This document shows positions 51,775-61,087 of a stretch of DNA of 64,000 nucleotides, piece by piece (the stretch's first letter is position 1; the number at the start of each line of letters is the position of its first letter). A program made the position numbers and the translations under genes. The notes below the pieces were generated by a model. The model ran no database searches. It was not told where the DNA came from and worked only from the letters and a program-made list of their open reading frames with translations. This DNA is from Alphaproteobacteria bacterium. GTDB lineage: Bacteria; Pseudomonadota; Alphaproteobacteria; RF32; CAG-239. The stretch covers positions 51,099-115,098 of the forward strand of contig JAFUSU010000027.1 in the NCBI GenBank assembly GCA_017467515.1, in the 5' to 3' direction.

Positions 51775-52932
51775 ATGCGTTCAGCCGTTTGTTTACATAA
51801 TGCTACTTTATTAACCGGATTTTCGGCAATGCCGAACTGTGCCGTCTACATTAAAAAAGACAAAATAGCCGATATTTACAGCGAAACCCGATTTGCACAA
51901 AAGAAATTCGGCTCCGATGTTAAAATGATAGATGTCAAAGGATCTTACATTGCACCGGGGTTCATTGACACTCATATTCACGGAATCGGAGGATACAGCA
52001 CAGATGATGCCAGTATTCGTTCTATTTTGAAAATGTCAAAATTCTTAACACAGTTCGGTGTAACATCTTTTATTCCGACCATCTGCGCTTCTCCGGAAAA
52101 AGAGCTGATGGAGAAAATAAAAGCCATTTTATCGGCAATGGGCAAAGAAAAAGGCGCACGGATTTTAGGTATTCATCTGGAAGGACCTTTTATTTCACAA
52201 GAAAAAATAGGCGGACAGGAAAAAACAGGAATATCTCCTGTTGATTTGGAATATCTGAAAAGAATTATCAGTGCCGGCAAAGGACACATTATCAATATGA
52301 CGGTTGCGCCGGAAATCAAACATATGCGTGATCTGGCTCTCAAATGTCTTGAAGCGGGCATTATTTTACAAGCCGGCCACACAAATGCAACTTACTCACA
52401 AATGATTGAAGGAATGCAGGCCGGAATTTTTCACACCACACATATGTTTAATGCTATGCGTCCTCTGCATCATCGAGAACCGGGCACAGTCGGTGCTGTT
52501 TTAACACATCCTGAATTATCTTGTGAAATTATCGGGGACGGAATTCACGTTCATCCTGATTTATTTGCTTTATTAACAAAATGCAAGCCGATTAATCAAA
52601 TCGTTTTGATTACCGATAGTTTAAAATATGCTAAAGCAAAAATTCCGGAAAATATTGATTTATATTTTGACCAATGCTTTAAGCGCAAATCTGATGATAC
52701 AATAATGGGATCAGGAATTTCAATGCTGGACGGATTCCAAAATTTAATTAAGTTTGGCGTTCGTCTTGAAGATGCCGTACAAACAGCAACATCAAATCCG
52801 GCTCGCATAATGCATCAAAATAACATTGGTTCGATTGTTCCGAATTACGATGCCGATCTTATAGTTATGGATAAACATTTTTCTTTACAAATGACAATGA
52901 TTAAAGGTAAAATTATCTCATCTTATCTTTAA
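51775..52932 (+). CDS. nagA: N-acetylglucosamine-6-phosphate deacetylase (amidohydrolase superfamily)
   Basis: GFIDTHIHGIGG metal-binding motif; 385 aa; RBS GGATAAAAATG. Confidence 0.65.
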   Translation: MRSAVCLHNATLLTGFSAMPNCAVYIKKDKIADIYSETRFAQKKFGSDVKMIDVKGSYIAPGFIDTHIHGIGGYSTDDASIRSILKMSKFLTQFGVTSFIPTICASPEKELMEKIKAILSAMGKEKGARILGIHLEGPFISQEKIGGQEKTGISPVDLEYLKRIISAGKGHIINMTVAPEIKHMRDLALKCLEAGIILQAGHTNATYSQMIEGMQAGIFHTTHMFNAMRPLHHREPGTVGAVLTHPELSCEIIGDGIHVHPDLFALLTKCKPINQIVLITDSLKYAKAKIPENIDLYFDQCFKRKSDDTIMGSGISMLDGFQNLIKFGVRLEDAVQTATSNPARIMHQNNIGSIVPNYDADLIVMDKHFSLQMTMIKGKIISSYL

Positions 52933-52986
52933 TTTCTGAAAATAAGAATTATATTTTTTATGATAACATCAACAAAGGAGAAAAAT

Positions 52987-53364
52987 ATGAAAAATTTATA
53001 TGCAACAGTTGCTTTAGCTTCTGCTTTTTTGTTTAATTTATCTGCCAATGCTATGGATACCAATTCTCAAGCACAACAACCAATGGCGCAACAACCGGCT
53101 ATGGCTGTTATGACCGTTGAACAGGTTCAAGGTTTGGCTGATGATACACCGGTTATGCTTGAAGGAATGATTGTTCAATCTTTGGGCGATGAAAAGTATA
53201 CTTTCCAAGATGCTGCCGGCAATACCTTAACTGTTGAAATTGATGACGATGATTGGAATGGAATGCAACCAAATCCTCAGGCAATGGTTGTCATTACCGG
53301 TGAAGTTGACAAGGAAGGAAATATCACGGAAATAGATGTTGACACTATTGCACCGAAACAATAA
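52987..53364 (+). CDS. Periplasmic OB-fold protein, YgiW/BOF (DUF388) family
   Basis: Start MKNLYATVALASAFLFNLSANA (RBS AAAGGAGAAAAAT). Pattern TVEQV...V.LEG.IV...GDEKYTFQDA.GN.LTVEIDDDDW typical of BOF proteins. Confidence 0.6.
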   Translation: MKNLYATVALASAFLFNLSANAMDTNSQAQQPMAQQPAMAVMTVEQVQGLADDTPVMLEGMIVQSLGDEKYTFQDAAGNTLTVEIDDDDWNGMQPNPQAMVVITGEVDKEGNITEIDVDTIAPKQ

Positions 53365-53422
53365 AAATAAAACCTTATAAAAAAATCTCAATTCAAAACA
53401 CTGAATTGAGATTTTTTTATTG

Positions 53423-54439
53423 CTAACTGTAACTCATCAATCCTTCCCGACACAACTTTGCAAAAACAGGTCTGTTTAATCCCAGCATCTCAATAATTTC
53501 TGATGGTTTGCGATGAATATCCAAAGCATGAGACCAAATAACACCGTCTTTGATTGTTTTAACTTCCGCACTTGGCAAATCGCATTGTCCGATACAAGAA
53601 GACAAATAAACAAAACATTCGTCATTATCTTTTAAATTTTCCAAAGCTAATTTTCTTGCATAAAGATTCAGCGTTAAATCTGCCTTGCTGGCATCTTTAG
53701 TCCAAGGGCTTCCACCTCCGACCGGACAAGTTCCCGAATAAAAGTCGCAGGCTAATTTTCGCCCCGTAACACCGCAGTCGGCAATTGACGAGTGGCACTT
53801 ATAAGTCCCTGTACCATTGATAATAACACGCCGAGGTTCTTCTTCCAAGGCATCAAAAACAAACTCCGCCAAGTTCACCGGCTCAAGCATTGGAATAGCC
53901 ACAATCACCGTATCAATTCCTCCCCGATCATCAAGGGTAATTTGTGTTTTAATATCAATTCCTAAATTTTTGCTTTGCAACGCCTTTTCGTACAATGATT
54001 TATTAAGCTTCTGCGCCAAAAATTGTTCTTTGGAAACATACCCCTCTCCTTGGCAGGCATAACCCACAAAAATACCTTGATCACCCCAACCGGACTGATC
54101 AACCCCCTTACCGATTTCAACAGACTGAGCACCTATTAAATTAACGATTTTAAGTTTATCCGGATTAATAGCATTCTCTTTCCAACAAGAAGAATATTCC
54201 TTTGTATATCCTATTTCGGCAAGAGCCTCTTTAACATACCCTTCGAGATTTTTTAATTTTATATGACCACTGACTTCTCCCCCAAAAACGACGGTATTGT
54301 CTTTAATCATAACTTCTACGGCATAACGAACATTTTTATCTTGTTCTATCATACGATCAAGAATATAGCTGGAAATATAATCACAAGTTTTATCCGGATG
54401 TCCGAGAGACACCGCTTCTGCTGTTTTTTGCATAGTCAA
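53423..54439 (-). CDS. metK: S-adenosylmethionine synthetase (short, 338 aa form)
   Basis: GHPDK, GDQGIFVGYA, GGG..W.KD motifs; ~45 aa shorter than typical bacterial MetK. Confidence 0.8.
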   Translation of the reverse strand: MTMQKTAEAVSLGHPDKTCDYISSYILDRMIEQDKNVRYAVEVMIKDNTVVFGGEVSGHIKLKNLEGYVKEALAEIGYTKEYSSCWKENAINPDKLKIVNLIGAQSVEIGKGVDQSGWGDQGIFVGYACQGEGYVSKEQFLAQKLNKSLYEKALQSKNLGIDIKTQITLDDRGGIDTVIVAIPMLEPVNLAEFVFDALEEEPRRVIINGTGTYKCHSSIADCGVTGRKLACDFYSGTCPVGGGSPWTKDASKADLTLNLYARKLALENLKDNDECFVYLSSCIGQCDLPSAEVKTIKDGVIWSHALDIHRKPSEIIEMLGLNRPVFAKLCREGLMSYS

Positions 54440-54513
54440 ATCTCCTTATTTAGTCCTCTGATGCGGGACAAGTCAGGTTAAATCCACATTGTGCATCAAG
54501 CACATTCCTCTGC

Positions 54514-54542
54514 CATTATGATTTTTTTTAAAACGATGTCAA
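54514..54542 (-). promoter_or_regulatory. Candidate sigma70 promoter of metK (TTGACA-N18-CATAAT)
   Basis: On minus strand CTTGACATCGTTTTAAAAAAAATCATAATG, ~75 nt upstream of the metK ATG. Confidence 0.4.
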
Positions 54543-54590
54543 GCAGGAATATATTTCCGGTACCGCTCAGATAATAAATTTTATTCCCGA

Positions 54591-55172
54591 CTATTTCCTG
54601 ACCTCTTTTGATAAATCTATCTGTGATAACACTGCCTCAAACGGTTGTGCTGACGGGGCACAAACATAAGCACCGACTTTAACTTCCGATAAATCATTAA
54701 GTAAATGAACCATACGGAGTTGAATGTACTTTTCACCATCTAAGGAATAAGAAAAAATATAATCACCCTGAAAACGCCGTAATTTAAACAAAATTTGATC
54801 AGTATTTTTGGCAATATCTTGTGCTGCCCAATCAGAATAACCGTTCTGAGTAACAGAAGATCCTATCATCGGCCGCTCCGGATTATCGTAAATCAATGCG
54901 GCTTTCACCCAATTATTTTCATCAATACGAACCATCACACCGCATTGGCAGGCTGCTTGTTGCACGTCAAATTCCCATTTAGCATTAAATGTAAAATCAC
55001 CATTTTCTCGCATAAAGAACAAATGTCCGTTATCGCGACTGAAATGATGATGTTTACTTTGCCAGAAATCTGTTTGAGGTTGCGCCGTAACACATAATTC
55101 TTTATCCCGAAAAACAACGTTATCAGGTTCATTATACCATTCAAAATTCTGCAACGCTTCCAATAACATCAA
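54591..55172 (-). CDS. Hypothetical protein, DUF1349-like (concanavalin-like fold?)
   Basis: 193 aa; no catalytic motifs recognised; weak family guess. Confidence 0.4.
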   Translation of the reverse strand: MMLLEALQNFEWYNEPDNVVFRDKELCVTAQPQTDFWQSKHHHFSRDNGHLFFMRENGDFTFNAKWEFDVQQAACQCGVMVRIDENNWVKAALIYDNPERPMIGSSVTQNGYSDWAAQDIAKNTDQILFKLRRFQGDYIFSYSLDGEKYIQLRMVHLLNDLSEVKVGAYVCAPSAQPFEAVLSQIDLSKEVRK

Positions 55173-56092
55173 AAGTCCCTTACCCGCTCATCATCCATTG
55201 TTTTTAAAACGCTTTCGAGCTCAGCATTTTTTGTTTTAGGCATCATCACTTTAAGTGTAACAATTTCATCGCCCTGACCGAGTTTTGTTTTAATACCTTG
55301 TCCTTTAAGACGTAATTTTGCCCCACTGCTTGAATAAGGCGGAATATTAACCGCAACCTTACCGTTAATTGTCGGTACAGTCACTTTAGCCCCTAAAAGG
55401 GCTTCTTTTAAACTGATTGGCAATTCCAAATTGATATTTTTTCCCTCAGCACAAAAATAAGGATGTGCGCTCACTTTTAAAGTAATGAGGACATCACCGT
55501 TCTCACCGCCATTCAAACTGGACTGTCCCAATCCTTTTAAGCGCAACGTTTGTCCGTCCTCGGTTCCTGCCGGAATTTTAACATTAATACTTTTCCCCTG
55601 AATGGTCACTGTCTTATCTTCACCGCGAGCCGCACTCAAAAAATCGATTTGCATCGTATAATTAATATCCTGCCCTTTGCGCGGACGAGAGCGCCCACCG
55701 CCAAAACCTTGAAAACCCCCGGCTCCTCCATTAAATTGTGAAAAAATATCATCACCGAAAATAGAAGAAAAATCAAAACTTCCGGCACCCTCGAACGGAT
55801 TACTGCCGCTATAATAATAAGATTGACCTCCTGCTCCGCCGAAACCGGCTCCGAAACCTGTCGGTTTGCCATCAGCATCTATTTCTTTATTATCATATTT
55901 TTGGCGTTTTTCTTTATCACCCAAAATATCGTATGCACAAGAAATTTCTTTAAATTTCTCGGCTGCCGATGGATTGTCCTTATTTAAATCCGGATGATAT
56001 TTACGTGCCAATTTACGGTATGCGGATTTAATCTCCGCATCGCTTGCCGTTTTATTGACTCCAAGTATATTATATAAGTCTTTATTCATCAT
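55169..56092 (-). CDS. cbpA: Curved-DNA-binding protein CbpA (DnaJ homologue lacking zinc finger)
   Basis: J-domain ([34 protein letters not shown]), G/F-rich linker, C-terminal DnaJ substrate-binding domains, no CxxCxGxG repeats. Confidence 0.8.
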   Translation of the reverse strand: MMNKDLYNILGVNKTASDAEIKSAYRKLARKYHPDLNKDNPSAAEKFKEISCAYDILGDKEKRQKYDNKEIDADGKPTGFGAGFGGAGGQSYYYSGSNPFEGAGSFDFSSIFGDDIFSQFNGGAGGFQGFGGGRSRPRKGQDINYTMQIDFLSAARGEDKTVTIQGKSINVKIPAGTEDGQTLRLKGLGQSSLNGGENGDVLITLKVSAHPYFCAEGKNINLELPISLKEALLGAKVTVPTINGKVAVNIPPYSSSGAKLRLKGQGIKTKLGQGDEIVTLKVMMPKTKNAELESVLKTMDDERVRDF

Positions 56093-56150
56093 AATTGCCT
56101 ATTAAACCCTCTCTTATAATTAATATAAGGAAGACATTTTGCTTTTGCAA

Positions 56151-56456
56151 CTAAAGACAGTGAAAAGTTGCACGGCGCGAAAAATTTTTATAGAGTTGCG
56201 AATCAAATAAAACAGCTTTTTTTCCATCTTGCTCATAACAATACTGAGCTGCCAAAAAAGCTATTTCATCAATGCGAACATCTTTATATTCATAGGTAAT
56301 ACCGAAAGCATCTGCTTGTTTAATACGGATATTTTCAAGAAATCTTTCCGAGGCACTGAAATATGCCGGCTCGACTTCAACCACAGAAGTCATTTCCTGC
56401 TTTGCAGCACAACCCGACAACAAAAGCCCCGCTAACAGCAAAATATTATATTTCAT
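56151..56456 (-). CDS. Small lipoprotein, hypothetical
   Basis: MKYNILLLAGLLLSGC lipobox. Confidence 0.5.
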   Translation of the reverse strand: MKYNILLLAGLLLSGCAAKQEMTSVVEVEPAYFSASERFLENIRIKQADAFGITYEYKDVRIDEIAFLAAQYCYEQDGKKAVLFDSQLYKNFSRRATFHCL

Positions 56457-56669
56457 ATTCTCTTCCCTGTTTTTGATTTACAACACTTACATCAATACCT
56501 CTGGCTTGAACCATTATCAATTCATCAACAGAATGATACCCCTTAATTTTGCTGATAGCTAAGCGCATTTTACGAAGCTTATTAAAAAAATATTTCACAC
56601 TAAAAGTTTTTTCCATATTCCGCCCCTCATAACCGGATTCCAGTTTATCACCGAGTTATTAAACCTTTC

Positions 56670-56969
56670 TTAATTCAATATCTTAGAAATATCTTCACCG
56701 GCCTTTTCTAAGATTTTCATAACCTTACGATTAGTACTGTTTTTAGTCCGGCGATTATCTAATTTATCAAGTTTCTTCTGCAATTTTTCCAAAAAATGAC
56801 GATTTTCTCTCAGTCTTTGAATATCCTTTGATATTTCTTCATCATCAATCTTATAATTAACCACCGCCTTTAAGGTTGCAATGTATTGAGCATCTCTTGA
56901 GGCACTATACTGAGCTTGAACGGGAGTCGCAAGACAAAAAAGAAATAACAGTACATAAAGCTTTTGCAT
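56670..56969 (-). CDS. Small secreted coiled-coil protein, hypothetical
   Basis: Start MQKLYVLLFLFCLATPVQA (ATG 56969, AAGGA RBS); the remainder is K/E/R-rich and helical. Confidence 0.45.
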   Translation of the reverse strand: MQKLYVLLFLFCLATPVQAQYSASRDAQYIATLKAVVNYKIDDEEISKDIQRLRENRHFLEKLQKKLDKLDNRRTKNSTNRKVMKILEKAGEDISKILN

Positions 56970-57062
56970 TTTATGTTTCCTTCTTATTAAAAATAAATTG
57001 CTTTTCAACTGTTTTTAGATTAACACATTATATATAAAAAAACAATAATTTGAGTAAGAGAA

Positions 57063-58028
57063 ATGAAAAAAACTATCTGGATATTATTAGACAATCGTAT
57101 GGGCAGTGTCGGACAAGCAAAAGGAATAATGCAAGAAATAGACTCTTCCCGCTATAATCTTGTTACTAAAGAACTTCAATATTCTCGTTGGGCGGGATTA
57201 CCTAATTTTATCCGAAGACAGTCCTTAATCGGTATTGCCAATCCTGAAATTTTAAACGGAGAAACACCGCATCTTGTCCTTTCCACCAGCCGAAGAACGG
57301 CTCCGGTTGCTTTATATTTAAAAAAACGCCATCCTGAAATTGTCCTTGTACAATTAATGTATCCGGGCAGCTATGGAATTAATAAATTTGCCAAAGTCTT
57401 TTTGCCCAAACACGATGACAACAAACACACAAGACCTAACTTTCATTTTACGGTCGGTTCTCCTCACCGCGTCAATCAGGCAACTTTGAATACTTATCAC
57501 CAAGAATGGGAGACTGCTTTTTCTCACCTTCCCAAACCTTGGACGGCTTTAATCATCGGAGGAGCTATAAAAGGAAAACCTTTTACAATCGAAAATGCTC
57601 AAGCCTTAGCCGTTTCTGTTAAAAATTTAAAATCTCGTATCGGAGGCAGTTTGCTGATCACTGATTCTCGACGCACGGGTTCGGAGGCGGAAACTACCAT
57701 TATGAATACTTTACAAAATATTCCGTGTTATTCTTTCTTGTGGGGAAGTAAAGATAAAAATCCTCTGATGGGGTATTATGCCTGCGCTGATAATATTATC
57801 GTCACGGGAGATTCTGTTTCAATGTGCTGCGAGGCCTGCGGCACGGGTAAACCGGTATTCGTTTTTGAAGGAAAAAACTGGTTAACATCCAAGCACTTAC
57901 GCTTTACAAAATCTCTGTTTGATACAGGATATGCCACGCCGTTGATTGATGGTTGCGAAAAATTTACCGGCGGCAAATTTCTATATCCGTCAGCAGAAAT
58001 AGCCAGAGAAATAATGAAACTTGTCTAA
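57063..58028 (+). CDS. ELM1/DUF1022-family protein (mitochondrial-fission ELM1 homologue; putative nucleotide-sugar transferase)
   Basis: N-terminus IWILLDNRMGSVGQAKGIMQEI matches the ELM1-family IW.LSDGK.GH..Q..GL pattern; 321 aa. Confidence 0.55.
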   Translation: MKKTIWILLDNRMGSVGQAKGIMQEIDSSRYNLVTKELQYSRWAGLPNFIRRQSLIGIANPEILNGETPHLVLSTSRRTAPVALYLKKRHPEIVLVQLMYPGSYGINKFAKVFLPKHDDNKHTRPNFHFTVGSPHRVNQATLNTYHQEWETAFSHLPKPWTALIIGGAIKGKPFTIENAQALAVSVKNLKSRIGGSLLITDSRRTGSEAETTIMNTLQNIPCYSFLWGSKDKNPLMGYYACADNIIVTGDSVSMCCEACGTGKPVFVFEGKNWLTSKHLRFTKSLFDTGYATPLIDGCEKFTGGKFLYPSAEIAREIMKLV

Positions 58029-58792
58029 TAAATATACTGGTCTTTATTTCTGCGCGTAACCACAACCTTTTGATAGAGCCCGCCTAAATATTTTGTTTTT
58101 TTCCAGTTATACTCCAGATCTTTTTCTGCAAAACTGGCAATTTCTCTATCCCAAAGTTTTTCCGCAAACGGCTGTTTTAAACGATTAAACAAACGAATGA
58201 CATACGCCAAAGGATGGAGCATATTCGGACGTCCGTAATCTACAAAAATAACCTTTCCACCTTCTTTTATACTTTTAAGCGCATTGTTTACCACATTCAT
58301 TTTGCTGACAATAGGCAACTCATGCAAAAGCATAAAACAAATGACAACATCATATTTTTCAGGAATTGGCTCTTCAGCATTATAATGATAAAAAACAACT
58401 TGCGGATAATTATCTCCCAATGCATTTTTTGCAAAAGTTATCTGCGCCGTATTAACATCAATAATATCGTAACGGCCTTTTAAGCCGACTTGTTCCGCCA
58501 CAGCCTGAATTTCATCTCCAAAACAAATGCCCATCTGCAAAACATCTGACTGCTCAGGAATATCATCCAACATAACGTTGATGATTTTATCTCTTGTAAA
58601 CAGGCTTAAAAGGTTATTTATAAAGCGCCCTTTAAACAGTTTAAACCATTTTTCATCTCTGTAAAAATTCGGATAAATAGCCGTATGATATACCGGCGTC
58701 GGAAAATCTTTAGATTTTAATTTAGGAAGAGAATAAATATCTTCATTTTTTTCATAATTTTCTGTTTCCATTTCACTAATTAATTTTATCAT
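58025..58792 (-). CDS. Putative methyltransferase-like protein (hypothetical)
   Basis: DVVICFMLLHELP and GGKVIFVDYGRP resemble class I MTase motifs II/post-I. No clear GxGxG. Confidence 0.4.
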   Translation of the reverse strand: MIKLISEMETENYEKNEDIYSLPKLKSKDFPTPVYHTAIYPNFYRDEKWFKLFKGRFINNLLSLFTRDKIINVMLDDIPEQSDVLQMGICFGDEIQAVAEQVGLKGRYDIIDVNTAQITFAKNALGDNYPQVVFYHYNAEEPIPEKYDVVICFMLLHELPIVSKMNVVNNALKSIKEGGKVIFVDYGRPNMLHPLAYVIRLFNRLKQPFAEKLWDREIASFAEKDLEYNWKKTKYLGGLYQKVVVTRRNKDQYIY

Positions 58793-58793
58793 A

Positions 58794-59477
58794 TCACACC
58801 TGCTGTTTTTTATAAATTAACCCTAATCTGGTCGCCTCAAGAACTGCGCCCATACGGTTATAAACGCCCAGTATTTTAAATATCGCAGTCAAATGAAGCT
58901 TGACCGTTCCCTCTGTTAACCCCAATTCATAAGCAATTTGCTTGTTAGATTTTCCGGAAGCAACCGCTTCCAAAACATCTTTTTGTCGTGGTGTTAAATG
59001 TTTGGTTGTGAACTCCTGAGGATGATCTTCTATCAATTTTAATAACAATTTATCTGTCGTAGAATTTTTATCAATATGTTGTCCCTGCAACAAATCTTTT
59101 GAAAAATAAGCACCACCTGAAATAACAACATCGAGAGCATCTAAAATTTCTTGATGAGATGATGTTTTTGATAAGTAACCGGAAACCCCTATTTCTATGG
59201 TCTTTTGAACAATTTCTTCATCAAAAATGGCTGATAAAATAATAATCGGTGTATCCGATAATTTGTTATGAATTTTTGCAATAGCATTATTCCAAATATC
59301 GCCTGGCATTGCCAAATCTGTTAAAATGACATCAAAATCAGATTCTTTTTCAATAATATCATATAATTCCAGATAATTTCCGGCCGTTAAAATTTTAGCA
59401 CGAGGATATTTGCCGGATAGAACCAATTCCAACCCGCGCAAAAACAATTCGTGATCATCTGCCACCAAAAATTTCAT
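58794..59477 (-). CDS. LuxR/NarL/FixJ-family response regulator (REC + HTH)
   Basis: MKFLVADDHELF.. with phospho-acceptor Asp in ILTDLAMPG. C-terminal LTPRQKDVLEAVASGKSNKQIAYELGLTEGTVKLH LuxR HTH. Start ATG 59477 with GGAG upstream. Confidence 0.8.
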   Translation of the reverse strand: MKFLVADDHELFLRGLELVLSGKYPRAKILTAGNYLELYDIIEKESDFDVILTDLAMPGDIWNNAIAKIHNKLSDTPIIILSAIFDEEIVQKTIEIGVSGYLSKTSSHQEILDALDVVISGGAYFSKDLLQGQHIDKNSTTDKLLLKLIEDHPQEFTTKHLTPRQKDVLEAVASGKSNKQIAYELGLTEGTVKLHLTAIFKILGVYNRMGAVLEATRLGLIYKKQQV

Positions 59478-60199
59478 TGCCAATCTCCACTTAATGCCTG
59501 CCAACAAGACAATGCCGCGACAACGGCTGTTTCTGCCCTTAATATTCTCTGTCCCAAATTCACGGCTTTTGCAAAAGAAGCTTTTCTCAAAGTTGCTAAC
59601 TCTTCCGTGGAAAATCCGCCTTCGGGACCAACCATTATGGCGCAGGGAACATCAGCTTGTGCAAATACTTTAGCCACCGTATCTCCCGCCAAAGTTTCAT
59701 CCATATAGTATAATATTCTTTTTTTATCCCATTTTTGCAACAAATCAACAAATTTAACGACTTCGGAAATTTCCGGAAGATCTGTCCGCCGGCATTGTTC
59801 CGCAGCTTCGATAGAATTTGCTTCAAATCGCTCTTTTTTTATTCTTTCGCTTATTGTATATCTTGTCAAGACCGGAATAATACGACGTGCCCCCAATTCT
59901 GTTGCTTTTTGAATAATAAAATCCGTATTATCCTTTTTCACGGGAGCAAAAATCAACCAAACATCAGGAACTTGAATGTATGGTCTTTCCATACTGATGG
60001 ACCTCAAGACCGTATGTTTTTTATTCAAAACAACAGGCACACAACGATACTCTCCGCTTTGATTGTCAAAACAATACAAAATCTGATTTTCTTTTATTTT
60101 CATAACATTGCACAAATAGTGACTCTGCTGCTCACTCAGGTCAACTGGCTCATCAATGTTTAATCTTTGAGGTATGTATAAGCGGATTTGTCCCATCAA
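59474..60199 (-). CDS. rsmE: 16S rRNA m3U1498 methyltransferase RsmE
   Basis: PUA-like N-terminus and SPOUT C-terminal motif (GPEGGFS..E); 241 aa. Confidence 0.75.
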   Translation of the reverse strand: MMGQIRLYIPQRLNIDEPVDLSEQQSHYLCNVMKIKENQILYCFDNQSGEYRCVPVVLNKKHTVLRSISMERPYIQVPDVWLIFAPVKKDNTDFIIQKATELGARRIIPVLTRYTISERIKKERFEANSIEAAEQCRRTDLPEISEVVKFVDLLQKWDKKRILYYMDETLAGDTVAKVFAQADVPCAIMVGPEGGFSTEELATLRKASFAKAVNLGQRILRAETAVVAALSCWQALSGDWQ

Positions 60200-60286
60200 T
60201 AAACTCTGTATAACTCTAAAAATATGCTCTTATTTTAGAAGATATATGTTAAATTTTACTAAACAGATTTGAAAACAGAGGCAAAA

Positions 60287-60952
60287 ATGATCATTACGAT
60301 TGACGGTCCTGCCGCCGCCGGAAAAGGAACATTGGCCGGCGTTCTGGCAAAAACATATCACTTAGCATATTTTGACACGGGAATGGTATATCGTGCCGTT
60401 GGGTTGGATATGTATCTCAATAATGACAGTCCCGAAAACGAAAACAAAGCTGAAGAATATGCTCTGAATCTTACCTTCAGTAAAATGAATCAATTGGCTC
60501 AAAATCCGGATTTCAGATCGGCAATCGGTGGCAAATATGCTTCTATTGTTTCTGCACATCCGAAAGTACGAGCAGCATTGCTGAAAATGCAACAAAATTT
60601 TGCCTTAAATCCTACTTTTGCTGACGGGACACCGGCGCAAGGCGCTATATATGACGGACGAGATACCGGTACGGTCGTCTGCCCGAATGCTGATATTAAA
60701 TTTTTCATTACAGCCTCAACAGAAGTCCGCGCTATGCGTCGTTTTAAAGAATTTGAAGCCAAAGGAATTGAAACTGATTTTCAAACCGTTCTGAATGATA
60801 TGAAAGCCCGCGATGAACGAGATGCTTCAAGAGCGACAGCCCCTATGAAACCCGCTGTCGACGCCATCATTTTTGATACATCTACTTTGTCTATCGATGA
60901 AGTTTTAGCTTTTGCCTTGAAAATTATTGATAAAAAAATCAAAAATTCATAA
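60287..60952 (+). CDS. cmk: Cytidylate kinase
   Basis: ITIDGPAAAGKGT P-loop; located upstream of rpsA as in many bacteria. Start ATG 60287 after AGAGG. Confidence 0.9.
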   Translation: MIITIDGPAAAGKGTLAGVLAKTYHLAYFDTGMVYRAVGLDMYLNNDSPENENKAEEYALNLTFSKMNQLAQNPDFRSAIGGKYASIVSAHPKVRAALLKMQQNFALNPTFADGTPAQGAIYDGRDTGTVVCPNADIKFFITASTEVRAMRRFKEFEAKGIETDFQTVLNDMKARDERDASRATAPMKPAVDAIIFDTSTLSIDEVLAFALKIIDKKIKNS

Positions 60953-61087
60953 AAAATGCTTGAAAAATAAAAAGATAGTGATATAAACAGCGTGTTCGAT
61001 GCTATGGGGCGCGCCATATCGAATATTAACCCCGCGCAAGTCCGCCCGCTTTTTTTATGGGTTGGCATTTTTGAAATTAATTTATTT

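Noticed and set aside
56955-56966. GTACATAAAG match to the GTAC-box
   Set aside because: It lies inside a coding region (signal-peptide codons). It has only a single GTAC half and no flanking stem, so it is a chance match.
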